Shown here in pieces: positions 31,326 through 41,718 of a stretch of 64,000 nt of DNA; the stretch's first letter is position 1, and the number at the start of each line of letters is the position of its first letter. The stretch covers positions 19 through 64,018 of the forward strand of contig JAMOQJ010000012.1 of assembly GCA_027064065.1 (NCBI GenBank), read 5' to 3'. Made by a program: the position numbers and the translations under genes. This stretch comes from Desulfurellales bacterium. Lineage in GTDB: Bacteria > Campylobacterota_A > Desulfurellia > Desulfurellales > Hippeaceae. Under the pieces are notes generated by a model. That model was not told the DNA's origin and ran no database searches. It was given only the letters and a program-made list of their open reading frames with translations.

Positions 31326-31337
31326 TATCTTCTCCTA

Positions 31338-31781
31338 TTAATCAAGTTTTGCCATCATTATAGCCTCGGCAGCAAGTTGTCCGTCTACGAAACACTTACC
31401 TTCCATCTTCCAAACTTGAAGTTTGCGTTTTAAAATCTCTATATGCATCTCAAGTCTGTCTCCGGGTATAATGGGTTTTCTAAATTTTGCCTTATCTATT
31501 TGCATAAAGTATACATTTCTTGTTTCGTTTGTTGCGTTGTTATCTATAGATAGAAATGAAAGAATGCCGCCGCTTTGAGCCATAGCTTCTATAACCAGCA
31601 CACCCGGCATAACATGTTGATGTGGAAAATGCCCTACAAAAAAGGGCTCGTTAATAGTAACATTTTTTATCGTTTTAATCCACTTGTCCTTTTCGTATTC
31701 TAACACCCTATCCACGAGCAAGAAAGGATATCTATGAGGAAGAATCTTTTTTATCTCTTCAATCCCTATCATTATTTTCAA
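31338..31781 (-). CDS. fabZ: 3-hydroxyacyl-ACP dehydratase
   Basis: [11 protein letters not shown] and GHFP..MPGVL..EAMAQ motifs. Confidence 0.97.
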   Translation of the reverse strand: MKIMIGIEEIKKILPHRYPFLLVDRVLEYEKDKWIKTIKNVTINEPFFVGHFPHQHVMPGVLVIEAMAQSGGILSFLSIDNNATNETRNVYFMQIDKAKFRKPIIPGDRLEMHIEILKRKLQVWKMEGKCFVDGQLAAEAIMMAKLD

Positions 31782-32796
31782 GCTCCTCTATCTTTTTTTC
31801 TAACTCTTTAAGTTTTTTATACATATCGCTAAGCTTAGGTGTAACGGCGCTGCTTCTTAACCATTTTTTATGCTCGTATATAGGTATTCCGCTATATACG
31901 CCTGCTTTTTTTATACTTGAACCAACTCCAGATTTAGCCGTTATGATGACTCCGTCTGCAATTTCAAGGTGGCCGGCTATGCCTGTTTGCCCAGCAAGTA
32001 TAACATTGTTGCCGATTTTTGAAGAACCTGATATGCCTGTTTGGGCAACAACAATTGTGTTTTCTCCTATTACAACATTGTGAGCTATTTGGACAAGGTT
32101 GTCTATCTTTGCACCTTTTTTGATTATTGTACTATCCAAGGCGGCTCTATCTATAGATACGTTTGAACCTATTTCAACGTCATCTTCAATAACAACATTG
32201 CCTATCTGTGGTATTTTTATATGTTTATTATCTTTGGTATGGGCATATCCGAAGCCGTCGCTACCTATTACACTTCCCGAATGTATTATGACATTATTGC
32301 CTATAAAACAATTTTCTCGTATTGTTACTGATGGGTATATGATGCAGTTCTTTCCTATTTTCGTATCTTTTCCGATATACACAAACGGCATTATGATACT
32401 GTTTTCGCCTATCTCTACATTTTCTTCTATAAACACAAAGTCTTCAATAGTGCATGTTTTGTCTACTGTTGCGCTTTTATCTATGGTTGCTTTATCGCTT
32501 ATTTTTGGTTCTCTTTTTGCGTTGTCAAAAAGAGTTTTTACAACTTTAGCAAAACAAAAATAGGCATCATCACAAATGATGAATGCCTTATCTGGATATT
32601 GCTTTATATCTATGCTTTTATCCACGATAATGCAAGCGGCATCAGTTGATGATAAAAATTTCTCATACTTTTTGTTGGAAAGGAAGGTTAGTTGATGTTT
32701 TTGCGCCTTTTCTATGGAACTTATACCGGTTATTTCAATATCTTCACTACCGTGGTATTGCGCATTCAACAGTTGAGCTATGTCTTTTGCTTTCAC
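31759..32796 (-). CDS. lpxD: UDP-3-O-acylglucosamine N-acyltransferase
   Basis: Hexapeptide repeats, GSDGFGY and [11 protein letters not shown] motifs. Confidence 0.96.
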   Translation of the reverse strand: MKAKDIAQLLNAQYHGSEDIEITGISSIEKAQKHQLTFLSNKKYEKFLSSTDAACIIVDKSIDIKQYPDKAFIICDDAYFCFAKVVKTLFDNAKREPKISDKATIDKSATVDKTCTIEDFVFIEENVEIGENSIIMPFVYIGKDTKIGKNCIIYPSVTIRENCFIGNNVIIHSGSVIGSDGFGYAHTKDNKHIKIPQIGNVVIEDDVEIGSNVSIDRAALDSTIIKKGAKIDNLVQIAHNVVIGENTIVVAQTGISGSSKIGNNVILAGQTGIAGHLEIADGVIITAKSGVGSSIKKAGVYSGIPIYEHKKWLRSSAVTPKLSDMYKKLKELEKKIEELENNDRD

Positions 32797-32808
32797 TTTC
32801 CAGCTCTC

Positions 32809-33327
32809 TTATTTTTTAGATTTTAGGTATTGTGCATCATACATTTTTATTATACTTTGAGTTATATCAAGCGCGTCATTCCAATAAATAAGACCTTGAT
32901 GTGTTTCAAATACAGCATCTATTTTATGGGCTGTGGCGTATTTTTTTATAACTTCTATCAAATCATTGATAACCTTAGTAGACAATTCCCTTTCTTTGGT
33001 TCTTACTTCATCTGCAGCGTCTGCTTTATATCTTTCCAATTCTTTTGCTTTTTCTTGATATGATAAAGCTTTTTTGTCTTTTAATTTTTTGCTTAGTTTA
33101 CTATTTCTTAATTCACGTGCAAGTTGTTGTAATCTATTAACCTTTCTGTCTATTACAACCTTTTTTGCTTCTACAAGCTTTTCTATTTCTTTTTTTGCTT
33201 TTTTACCTGCAATGCAGTTATGCATAGCTTTTTCCAAATCTACAACCGCTATAGTTTTTGCAGATACTACTGAACTAAATGAAACCAAAAGAACAATACT
33301 AAATAGAGCAATAAACAATCTTTTCAT
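32809..33327 (-). CDS. skp: Periplasmic chaperone Skp/OmpH
   Basis: Signal peptide, IAVVD, basic helical body and DIT motif; lies between bamA and lpxD. Confidence 0.88.
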   Translation of the reverse strand: MKRLFIALFSIVLLVSFSSVVSAKTIAVVDLEKAMHNCIAGKKAKKEIEKLVEAKKVVIDRKVNRLQQLARELRNSKLSKKLKDKKALSYQEKAKELERYKADAADEVRTKERELSTKVINDLIEVIKKYATAHKIDAVFETHQGLIYWNDALDITQSIIKMYDAQYLKSKK

Positions 33328-33350
33328 TAAAATACCTCCAATTTAATTTT

Positions 33351-35609
33351 TTAAAATAAAGCTCCTACAGAAAATTGTATGACTGTGGAATTTTCATCAT
33401 TTTTTGGGTCAAGATTTTTTCCTACTTCTATCCTAATCGGTCCTATGGGAGAAATCCATCTTATTCCCAACCCTGCATCGCTTCTTAAGTCCGAGAATTC
33501 ATATTTATCAAGCCAGCAGTTTCCTATATCGTAAAATCCTACTCCGTATAAATTTAATTGGCTCAATAAAGGAAATATGAGCTCGGCTGCCGATTGAAAT
33601 TCTCTATTTCCACCTATGTAGTTACCTTCTTTGTCTTGAGGTGCAAGCTTATCTGTTTTAAATCCTCTCATTGAATCTATGCCGCCCAAAAAGAATCTTC
33701 TGTCTATAGGAACATCTCGTCCGCTTATGCCTTTTGCGTATCCTATTTCAGCTTTTATGTGTCCTATTAAATCGAGCGGCAACTGATGGAAATATTCTCC
33801 AAATAATACTGCTTTAACATATTTTCTATCGCCGCCAACACCGGCAACCCTAAGTGTTTGTGTTACATTTACTCCTTTTGTCGGAAAGACATTGCTATCC
33901 AATGTATTGTATGCTACAAACGGCTCAAGAGAGCTTTCTGTATATTTTCCTTCTTGCTGTTTTAGATAATATCCCGGATTGTCTGTTTCAAGTGTTATAT
34001 CGTTGAAGGTTAAAGAATATTTTGAACCTACAGACAAGTCATCATCCCAGAATCTTCTTGCTAAGGTTACCGTAAAACCGGTTGTTTTTTGGTCGTAGTC
34101 ATAACTTTCGTATTTCTGATGAACTATATCCAGCCCTAAGGATATCGGCTTGTTATATAGCCAATCGTCCACAAGATGCAAGTCAAAAAGAGATGTCTTT
34201 GAGCTAAATTCGGCAGATAGTTTTCCGTGGATACCTGTTCCAAATAAATTCCTTTCGGATACCGAAGCTTTAACACCGACTTTGTCATATGAGCCGTAAC
34301 CTATTCCGAATGTTAGCATACCTGTTGGCTTTTCTTTTATGATAACCTTTGCATTAACTTTATTGTTTGCTACTCTGCTTGTTGTTATTTTTACGCTATC
34401 GAAGAAATCCAATTTCATAAGTTTTGCTTTGGAGCGGTTAATCTTTTTTAGCGAATATAGATCGCCTTCTTTAAATTTTAATTCTCTTCTTATTACATCA
34501 TCATGCGTTTTGTTGTTTCCTACTATCTCAATTCTGTTAATAAAAACCTTTGGACCTTTATCTATGGTTATTGTAAGATTTGCGTATCCGTTCTTTTTTT
34601 CTATATTTGGATTGATATCGGCAAAAGCATAACCAATGTTTGCATACATATCGGTAATTTTATCTATATCTTTTCTTAAAACTACTATGTTAAATGGTTT
34701 GTTTATCTTTAAATTCATTGCTTTTAAGATTTTTTCCTTTTTAAACGGGTATGTGTTGATTAATTTAATTGATTTTAACACATACTGCTTTCCTTCTTTT
34801 AAAGAAAAATCTATGTGTATAGCTCCTGTATCTGGTTCCACTGTTACTATGGGCTCTTTGAGTGTTATGTCAATGTAGCCTTTGGATAGGTATACATCCC
34901 TAATTTTTTGAGCATCATTGTCCAATTCATTTATTCTTAGTTTACCGCTATAAAACCACGGAAGCCACGTTAGTATATAGGGACCCTTTTTTACATGGTT
35001 TTTTAGATTATCTTTTAATTTGTCTTCATCTACATGTTTATTTCCTATGATATTTATCTCTCTTACGGTCGTTTCTTTGCTTTCTTTTATGTCGAATTCT
35101 ATATCAACTCTATTTTTGTTTGTAGGTTTTATTTTATATGTAACTCGGGTTAAAAACATACCTTTTGATGCATACATCCCCATTATTTGGTTTATTGTTT
35201 GGTTTATTAAATCTTTGTTTAATATATTATAACCTTTTATTTTGAGTGCTTTTTGTAGTTTTTTATCTGACAATTCCTCATTACCTACAAATGTTATAAA
35301 TCTTACAGACGGCTTTTCTTTTACTGTGTATGTGAGAATTAAGCCGTTTTGTTCGTCTATTGATGCCTGGACAGTTTTATAAAAGCCCAATTTGTAAATG
35401 TTTTTTATGTCGTCATCTACGGTTTTTAGATTAAAATCCTTGCCTGGTTTTGAATTTATAACGCTTAATACCGTAGCTTTATCCGTTCTCATAGTTCCTT
35501 CTATGTTTACTGACGTTATTGTTTTAGCAAGCCCGGTATATGATAAAAGGGTTAAAAACAGAATAGCCGTAAGTAATATAATCGCTACAAGACTAATTAT
35601 TCTTTTCAC
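33351..35609 (-). CDS. bamA: Outer membrane protein assembly factor BamA
   Basis: POTRA repeats, RFFLGGIDSMRGF, WISPIGPIR and terminal Phe. Confidence 0.95.
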   Translation of the reverse strand: MKRIISLVAIILLTAILFLTLLSYTGLAKTITSVNIEGTMRTDKATVLSVINSKPGKDFNLKTVDDDIKNIYKLGFYKTVQASIDEQNGLILTYTVKEKPSVRFITFVGNEELSDKKLQKALKIKGYNILNKDLINQTINQIMGMYASKGMFLTRVTYKIKPTNKNRVDIEFDIKESKETTVREINIIGNKHVDEDKLKDNLKNHVKKGPYILTWLPWFYSGKLRINELDNDAQKIRDVYLSKGYIDITLKEPIVTVEPDTGAIHIDFSLKEGKQYVLKSIKLINTYPFKKEKILKAMNLKINKPFNIVVLRKDIDKITDMYANIGYAFADINPNIEKKNGYANLTITIDKGPKVFINRIEIVGNNKTHDDVIRRELKFKEGDLYSLKKINRSKAKLMKLDFFDSVKITTSRVANNKVNAKVIIKEKPTGMLTFGIGYGSYDKVGVKASVSERNLFGTGIHGKLSAEFSSKTSLFDLHLVDDWLYNKPISLGLDIVHQKYESYDYDQKTTGFTVTLARRFWDDDLSVGSKYSLTFNDITLETDNPGYYLKQQEGKYTESSLEPFVAYNTLDSNVFPTKGVNVTQTLRVAGVGGDRKYVKAVLFGEYFHQLPLDLIGHIKAEIGYAKGISGRDVPIDRRFFLGGIDSMRGFKTDKLAPQDKEGNYIGGNREFQSAAELIFPLLSQLNLYGVGFYDIGNCWLDKYEFSDLRSDAGLGIRWISPIGPIRIEVGKNLDPKNDENSTVIQFSVGALF

Positions 35610-36267
35610 TAATCGTTCCTCCGTTTATAATAAACACTCTATCGCACATTAACGCTATCTCTTCACTGTGTGTTGCTATGATAAACGCCTTTCGTTCTTC
35701 TAAGTTTATATTTCTCATAGTTGTAACTATATCTATTGAGCTTGTTTTGTCAAGATTGGCTGTTGGCTCATCGGCTATGACAAGGTCAGGATTGTTCATT
35801 AAAGCTCTTGCCAACGCTACTCTTTGCATTTCGCCACCGGATAGTTTATAAACCATTTTATATGCCATATCTCTTTCTATGCCCACACTATTTAAAAGCT
35901 GCATAGCCCTATCTTTTTTGTAAGATGAATTTTTTATTATCGAAGGAAGCATAACATTTTCTATGACGTTGAGTTCGCTTATTAAAGAGTAGAATTGAAA
36001 CACAAAACCTATATTTTCGTTGCGTATTTTTGCCAATAGTTTTTTATCTTTAAACTCTACTTTATTGTTCAAAAAGTATATATCTCCGCTGTCGGGTTTG
36101 TTTATTAAGCCCAAAATATGTAAAAGCGTGCTTTTTCCGCTTCCCGATACGCCCATTAAAGCTACCATTTCATTTTGCCTAACAGAAAAATTTATATCTT
36201 TTAAAACCTGTAATGTTTTGTTTCCGTTCTTAAAGGTTTTTGAAATATTTCTTGCTTCTATTATCAT
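35593..36267 (-). CDS. lolD: Lipoprotein-release ABC ATPase
   Basis: [24 protein letters not shown] and ADEPTANLD motifs; next to lolC/E. Confidence 0.85.
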   Translation of the reverse strand: MIIEARNISKTFKNGNKTLQVLKDINFSVRQNEMVALMGVSGSGKSTLLHILGLINKPDSGDIYFLNNKVEFKDKKLLAKIRNENIGFVFQFYSLISELNVIENVMLPSIIKNSSYKKDRAMQLLNSVGIERDMAYKMVYKLSGGEMQRVALARALMNNPDLVIADEPTANLDKTSSIDIVTTMRNINLEERKAFIIATHSEEIALMCDRVFIINGGTISEKNN

Positions 36268-37445
36268 GACCTTAAAACCTCGACTATATCTATCTTAGAA
36301 GCTTTTTTTGATGGATATATGCTTGCTAATATTACAAGTATAAACGCAGAGACAGATATTACAGCAATGTATGTTGGATTGATATCGACGGGTATTGTGT
36401 TTATATAGTAGACATCTTTGGGAAGTTGTATGAACTGATATTTTTTTAACAGAAAACTTAAGGTTACACCCAGTATATCTCCTATCAAAACCCCGATTGA
36501 GCCTATAATGACAGCCTGTTTTATAAATATATTTTTTATATTTTTTTCTGTTGCACCAAAAGCCATCAATACGGCAACATCCTTAACCTTTTCCATAACT
36601 AACATAGTAAGAGAACTCGTTATATTGAATGCGGCTACTAAAATCACAAGCATCAAAATAATAAATAGTGCAAACTTTTCCAATTTGAGAGCACTGAAAA
36701 AATTACTATTTAGGTCAATCCAATTTGAGACATAAAAATTAAACCCTAACTGCTTAGAAAGTTTATTGGAAAAATCTTTAGCTTTGTATGGGTCGTTTAA
36801 AATTATGGCTATAGTATTAATTTTGTTTTTCATCTCGGTTTTATTCCATATATCCTTTATGGGTATGTAAATAAATGTTGTATCATAATCATACATACCG
36901 GATTTAAATATGCCTGTTACGGTTTCTTTGAATGATAACGGAGCAAATCCCATAGGCGTGGTTTTCCCAAACGGCAATATTATGCGTATCTTGTCTGTGG
37001 TTTTTAAACCTAAGATTTTCATCAGTTCGCTTCCGACAACAACGCCGTCTGTGTTGCCTATAATATAATGCTTTAATTCTCCGCTTTTATTTAAATCTAT
37101 GCCATTCAATACAGCTCCGCTTGAAAATTTGCCAGAACTAACAATACATTGCGTTGTGAGTAGTGGGTAAACATATTTTACTTCTTTGTTTGATTCTATA
37201 TTGTTTATCATAGACTTGTTATAATCAAAGACGCCCGAGAAGCTTTTAACAAATACATGAGGATTGACTCCCATTATCTTTCTTTCCAGTTCGTTATCAA
37301 ATCCATTCATTACGCCCATTACTACTATGAGCGCCGCAACACCCAATATAATGCCTATTATTGACATTAAAGAAGAAAATGAAATTAATTTATTTGATTT
37401 ATTAGACCTTATATATTTAATAGCCAAAAAAGACTCAAAATTCAC
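36264..37445 (-). CDS. Lipoprotein-release permease, LolC/E (LolF-like) family
   Basis: LGVAALIVVMGVMNGF, GMYDYD and VAAFNI motifs; single permease gene. Confidence 0.9.
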   Translation of the reverse strand: MNFESFLAIKYIRSNKSNKLISFSSLMSIIGIILGVAALIVVMGVMNGFDNELERKIMGVNPHVFVKSFSGVFDYNKSMINNIESNKEVKYVYPLLTTQCIVSSGKFSSGAVLNGIDLNKSGELKHYIIGNTDGVVVGSELMKILGLKTTDKIRIILPFGKTTPMGFAPLSFKETVTGIFKSGMYDYDTTFIYIPIKDIWNKTEMKNKINTIAIILNDPYKAKDFSNKLSKQLGFNFYVSNWIDLNSNFFSALKLEKFALFIILMLVILVAAFNITSSLTMLVMEKVKDVAVLMAFGATEKNIKNIFIKQAVIIGSIGVLIGDILGVTLSFLLKKYQFIQLPKDVYYINTIPVDINPTYIAVISVSAFILVILASIYPSKKASKIDIVEVLRS

Positions 37446-37446
37446 T

Positions 37447-39825
37447 TTATTGTGCCTTTTTTATTGAGTGCTCAAGGGCTATGTTGAGTACTTCTTCCAT
37501 AGTTTTTACAAAGTGATAGTGTAATTTTTTTGCTTTTATCTGAGATTCTATTTCTATAGCATCTTTTTTGTTGTCATACGGCACGACAATATCGTAAATA
37601 CCTGCCCTTAAAGCCGCAAGCGTTTTTTCTTTTAATCCGCCGATAGGCAAAACTCTACCAGTCAAGGTGATCTCTCCTGTCATAGCAACGCTGTTTTTTA
37701 CAGGGATGCCTGTTAAGCAGGATATAATTGCTGTGGCTATAGTGATTCCTGCTGATGGTCCGTCTTTAGGTGTTGCACCTTCTGGGACGTGTATATGCAG
37801 GTCGTATTTTTGATAGAAGTCTTCTTCCAAGCCTATCTCATCCGACATGCTCCTTGCCAGTGTAACGGCTGCTTGAGCAGACTCCTTCATAACGTCGCCT
37901 AAAGAGCCTGTAAGGATTAATTTTCCTGTTCCTTTAACCTTTGCAACCTCTATAAACAATACTGCGCCACCGACAGATGTCCACGCAAGACCTGTTGCTA
38001 TACCTACGTAATTTTTGTCCAATTTTTCATCTATGCTAAAGTGCGGAATGCCCAGATATTTTTGCAGATTGTTAGATGTAATGGATGCTGACGTTATCTT
38101 TTTGCCTTCTGCTATTTCTCTTGCAATCTTTCTTAAGACCTTTGAGATGGTTTTTTCAAGATTTCTAACGCCTGCTTCTTTTGTGTAACTCTCTATCGTT
38201 TTTCTTATTGCTCCATCTGTCCATTTTATATTGTATGGCTCAAGCCCATGCTCTTTTATTTGTCTTGGTATTATGTATTTTTTGGCTATCTTGATTTTTT
38301 CATCTACGGTATAGCCTGATAGCCTTATGATTTCCATTCTGTCAAGAAGCGGAGAAGGTATGGTTTCTGTTGTGTTTGCAGTAGTTACAAAGAATACTTC
38401 GGATAAATCAAATGGAACACCAAGGTAGTGGTCTTCAAATTCATTATTCTGCTCAGGGTCTAAAACTTCTAAAAGAGCGCTTGACGGATCTCCGCTGAAG
38501 TCTCTTCCCAATTTATCGATTTCATCCAAAACAAAAACCGGATTCTTTACGCCTGCTTGTTTTAAACCCTGTATAATTCTTCCCGGCAGAGCGCCTACGT
38601 ATGTTCTTCTATGCCCTCTGATTTCGGCTTCATCTCTTACGCCGCCAAGAGAAATTCTTACAAGTTTTCTGTTTATCGCTCTTGCTATTGATTTTGCTAA
38701 AGAAGTTTTACCTACGCCAGGCGGTCCCACAAAACAAAGTATAGGCCCTTTCATATCCTGTTTGAGTTTTTTGACAGAAAGATACTCCAAAATTCTTGTT
38801 TTAGCTTCTTTTATATCGTAATGGTCTTCGTCTAATATTTTGGCAACCTCTTTTATATTAATCTTTTCCCTTGAGCGCTTATTCCAAGGCATGGCTATCA
38901 TCCAATCAAGGTATGTTCTGATAACGTTTGCTTCCGCCGAATCGGGATGCATTTTAGATAGTCTCGACAGTTGTTTTTCTGCTTCTTTCAAAGCGACTTG
39001 AGGCATCTTTGCTTTTTTTATCTTTCCTTTTAATTCTTCTATTTCATCAGAGCCATCACCTTCTCCAAGCTCTTTTTTAATGGCTCTCATCTGCTCTCTT
39101 AAGAAATATTCTTTTTGGGTTTTTGATATTTCTTCCCTTGCTTCATTTTGTATCTTTGTTTGAAGGGCTAAAAGCTGTAGTTCTTTGTCAAGGATTTCAT
39201 TTAATTTCTTTAGCCTGTCTTCAACATACTCCATTTCCAATAATTCTTGAGCTACTTCCGTTTTTAGCTGTATGTTGCTTGCTATTATATCGGTAAACTT
39301 ATCTGGCTCGTCTATATTATTGGCTATGACTACTATGTCGTTCGGTATGTTTTTATTGTATGTTGTAAGTTGTTGAAGTTGGTCTTTTACCGAACGCATC
39401 AATGCTTCAATTTCTAATTCTTTTGACTCTGTTTCAGGTAGAATATCTTCTTTTTCTTCAATTTCGGCTTCTATGTAAGGCTCAAATTGCGTAAATTTTT
39501 CTATCTTTACCTTTTTTAAACCTTGAACGAGAATTTTTACTCTTCCGTCGGGCATTTTTAACATTCTTAAAATGAGACAAGCCGTCCCGGTTTTGTATAG
39601 GTCGTTTTCTTTTGGAGTGTTTTCATCGGGAGACTTTTGAGTTGTTGCAATAATCATTCTGTCTTTTGAAAGTGCTTCGTCTATTGCCTTAATGGAAAAA
39701 TCTCTGCCAACAAACAGTGGCATAATCATATAAGGGAAAACCACCATATCTCTCAAAGGTAGAACCGGCAATGTATCGGGCATATTAATTTCTTCGTCTA
39801 TTTTAATCGTTTCTATGTCGTTCAT
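37447..39825 (-). CDS. lon: Lon protease
   Basis: LPLRD, GPPGVGKTS, GHRRTYVGALPG and PKDGPSAG motifs. Confidence 0.98.
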   Translation of the reverse strand: MNDIETIKIDEEINMPDTLPVLPLRDMVVFPYMIMPLFVGRDFSIKAIDEALSKDRMIIATTQKSPDENTPKENDLYKTGTACLILRMLKMPDGRVKILVQGLKKVKIEKFTQFEPYIEAEIEEKEDILPETESKELEIEALMRSVKDQLQQLTTYNKNIPNDIVVIANNIDEPDKFTDIIASNIQLKTEVAQELLEMEYVEDRLKKLNEILDKELQLLALQTKIQNEAREEISKTQKEYFLREQMRAIKKELGEGDGSDEIEELKGKIKKAKMPQVALKEAEKQLSRLSKMHPDSAEANVIRTYLDWMIAMPWNKRSREKINIKEVAKILDEDHYDIKEAKTRILEYLSVKKLKQDMKGPILCFVGPPGVGKTSLAKSIARAINRKLVRISLGGVRDEAEIRGHRRTYVGALPGRIIQGLKQAGVKNPVFVLDEIDKLGRDFSGDPSSALLEVLDPEQNNEFEDHYLGVPFDLSEVFFVTTANTTETIPSPLLDRMEIIRLSGYTVDEKIKIAKKYIIPRQIKEHGLEPYNIKWTDGAIRKTIESYTKEAGVRNLEKTISKVLRKIAREIAEGKKITSASITSNNLQKYLGIPHFSIDEKLDKNYVGIATGLAWTSVGGAVLFIEVAKVKGTGKLILTGSLGDVMKESAQAAVTLARSMSDEIGLEEDFYQKYDLHIHVPEGATPKDGPSAGITIATAIISCLTGIPVKNSVAMTGEITLTGRVLPIGGLKEKTLAALRAGIYDIVVPYDNKKDAIEIESQIKAKKLHYHFVKTMEEVLNIALEHSIKKAQ

Positions 39826-39831
39826 AAGTTT

Positions 39832-40182
39832 TCACCTCTTGTTTATAGTTATTCTTAAAATACCGTCTTTATATTTTACGCTTTCTATATTTGTAGTTAA
39901 GTAAGGAATTTCAACAATTTTTTTAAAAGAACCAAATATTCTTTCAGCTCTTAAATATTTTGCGTTTTTAACCGATTCTTTTCTTTTTATACCTGCTATA
40001 GTCAAAATATTGCCATCTATTTCTATTTTAAAATTTTCTTCATCAAGTCCGACAATCTCTAAATCTATATACAGTTTATCGTCTTTTTCAAATATATCGC
40101 ACAAAGGCTCAAAAACATCATTACTATTTAATGCAAAATTTATAAGCTCTATAATTTCATGTCTTATTTTTATGTTAGTCAT
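39832..40182 (-). CDS. Hsp20/alpha-crystallin family protein
   Basis: ERIFGSF and YKDGILRITI motifs. Confidence 0.85.
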   Translation of the reverse strand: MTNIKIRHEIIELINFALNSNDVFEPLCDIFEKDDKLYIDLEIVGLDEENFKIEIDGNILTIAGIKRKESVKNAKYLRAERIFGSFKKIVEIPYLTTNIESVKYKDGILRITINKR

Positions 40183-40918
40183 AAGTTAAAGGAATCTCTT
40201 TTGCATACTTACTATTAGGATATTTCTTTTTCAATTCCTCAAAAAACGCTTTCGCTTCCTTTTTATGATTTAGTTTGTAATATACATATCCAAGCATATA
40301 TAGCATTTCATCATTAAAGTTTACATCCTTGAAGTGCTTATACATATACTCAAGTCTATTTTTCGCCGCTTTTAATTGGTTTAAGTCTTTGTAGAATTTA
40401 GCTACAAACAGCTCGTGCTTGTATATTTCCATTGCACTTTTCGTTATATAGGTATACACCTTGCCCGTATAGGGATTATTTGGATATTGGTTTAGTAGTG
40501 AAATAAAATGCTTTATCGCTAATTTTGCCGGCGTTACGTCTAATTTATATCCGTTTCTCGATTTGTAGTAGCTTAATGCTATCTTATATTTGGCATAGAT
40601 AACATCCTTGTCGGACGGGTATAATTTTATAAATTTTTTATAATAATCCCTTGCAAGAATATATTCGCCCTTTGCAAAATACACATCGCCCAATGCAAGA
40701 ATGGCTCTTTTTGAATATATGCTGCCTGGGTGTTGTTCGTTAACCATCTCAAGAGAGTGTTCAGCTTCTTTGTAATCGTGGTCTATGTATTGCTGGATTC
40801 CTTCATTATACCACTCGTAGGCTGACTTTTCTTCTTCTGTAGGAACTATTTTCTTGTTACTTGAACAACCTACAAGAAACACACCACTCAATATAAAAAT
40901 TACAACAAGCTTTTTCAC
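40175..40918 (-). CDS. bamD: Outer membrane assembly lipoprotein BamD
   Basis: Lipobox LVGC, TPR-like repeats and HELFVAKFY motif. Confidence 0.88.
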   Translation of the reverse strand: MKKLVVIFILSGVFLVGCSSNKKIVPTEEEKSAYEWYNEGIQQYIDHDYKEAEHSLEMVNEQHPGSIYSKRAILALGDVYFAKGEYILARDYYKKFIKLYPSDKDVIYAKYKIALSYYKSRNGYKLDVTPAKLAIKHFISLLNQYPNNPYTGKVYTYITKSAMEIYKHELFVAKFYKDLNQLKAAKNRLEYMYKHFKDVNFNDEMLYMLGYVYYKLNHKKEAKAFFEELKKKYPNSKYAKEIPLTYD

Positions 40919-40947
40919 TTTTTAAAACTCCTGTTTTGAAGAAGAGA

Positions 40948-41076
40948 TTAGCAGCCAGGATTTATTCCGCTTGGATCATCCATCCAGTCGTCATCTTCCC
41001 AAGTTTTGTCGGATAAATCCTTTTTGATTTTTTCTTGCTCTTCTTCGTTTAATTGTTTGTTTTTGTCATCAGGCAT
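40948..41076 (-). CDS. Small acidic peptide, 42 aa (not in ORF track)
   Basis: MPDDKNKQLNEEEQEKIKKDLSDKTWEDDDWMDDPSGINPGC; GAGGT RBS 6 nt upstream; fills the operon gap. Confidence 0.65.
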   Translation of the reverse strand: MPDDKNKQLNEEEQEKIKKDLSDKTWEDDDWMDDPSGINPGC

Positions 41077-41078
41077 TA

Positions 41079-41369
41079 TCATACCTCTTTAAACTTTATA
41101 CGGCTAACGAATTTACCTTTTAAAAAACCGTTTATCTTTATTATAATGTCTTGCTCCATAAAAGACAACTCTTGAATCCAAACAGACGATGGAACAGCCA
41201 ATGTTAATACACCATCTCTTAGAGAAATAACCCTTATATTTTCTGAAAAACCTTTATCAAAAATAGTAAATATAGCGTTCCTTATTTTCCATAATTCTAC
41301 TGCTTTTTCTAAACCTAAATCACATAACGCACTATCAACTATATCAGAGACACTTTTAATATTATCCAT
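41079..41369 (-). CDS. DUF721/DciA family helicase-loading protein
   Basis: GVLTLAVPSSVWIQELSF...IIIKIN pattern typical of DUF721. Confidence 0.8.
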   Translation of the reverse strand: MDNIKSVSDIVDSALCDLGLEKAVELWKIRNAIFTIFDKGFSENIRVISLRDGVLTLAVPSSVWIQELSFMEQDIIIKINGFLKGKFVSRIKFKEV

Positions 41370-41372
41370 CTA

Positions 41373-41450
41373 TGGCGTACCCGGGGGGATTTGAACCCCC
41401 AACCTTAAGATCCGGAGTCTTATGCTCTATCCAGCTTGAGCTACGGGCAC
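41373..41450 (-). tRNA. tRNA-Arg(CCG)
   Basis: Reverse complement GTGCCCGTAGCTCAAGCTGGATAGAGCA TAAGA-CTCCGGA-TCTTA AGGTTGGGGGTTCAAATCCCCCCGGGTACGCCA. Confidence 0.95.
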
Positions 41451-41699
41451 CTCGTTCTTAACCATAACAAGCCAATCGTTTTCGTTTTTCTTAAGAACGT
41501 TATCCACCGTAGCTTTTTTTGTTACTACAGCCTTTGCAATCTCAGCTATTTGAGAATAATCGTTTATGTACACAAGCAGATAATTGCCATCTTTTACATT
41601 TTCCAAGCCTTTTAAGGTTTTATCTACCACATCATTTACGGACAAACCTCTTAAATCCATGTCCTTATCGATATTAAAGGTATCGCTTCTTCCGTCCAT
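41427..41699 (-). CDS. TusA/SirA-like protein lacking the CPxP cysteine
   Basis: DMDLRGL start, TusA-like size and pattern, GGAGG RBS. Confidence 0.65.
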   Translation of the reverse strand: MDGRSDTFNIDKDMDLRGLSVNDVVDKTLKGLENVKDGNYLLVYINDYSQIAEIAKAVVTKKATVDNVLKKNENDWLVMVKNEVPVAQAG

Positions 41700-41718
41700 C
41701 TATGCTACCTCCAACAAA

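Noticed and set aside
41373..41450. tRNA as an island integration site
   Set aside because: No integrase and no duplicated tRNA 3' end seen
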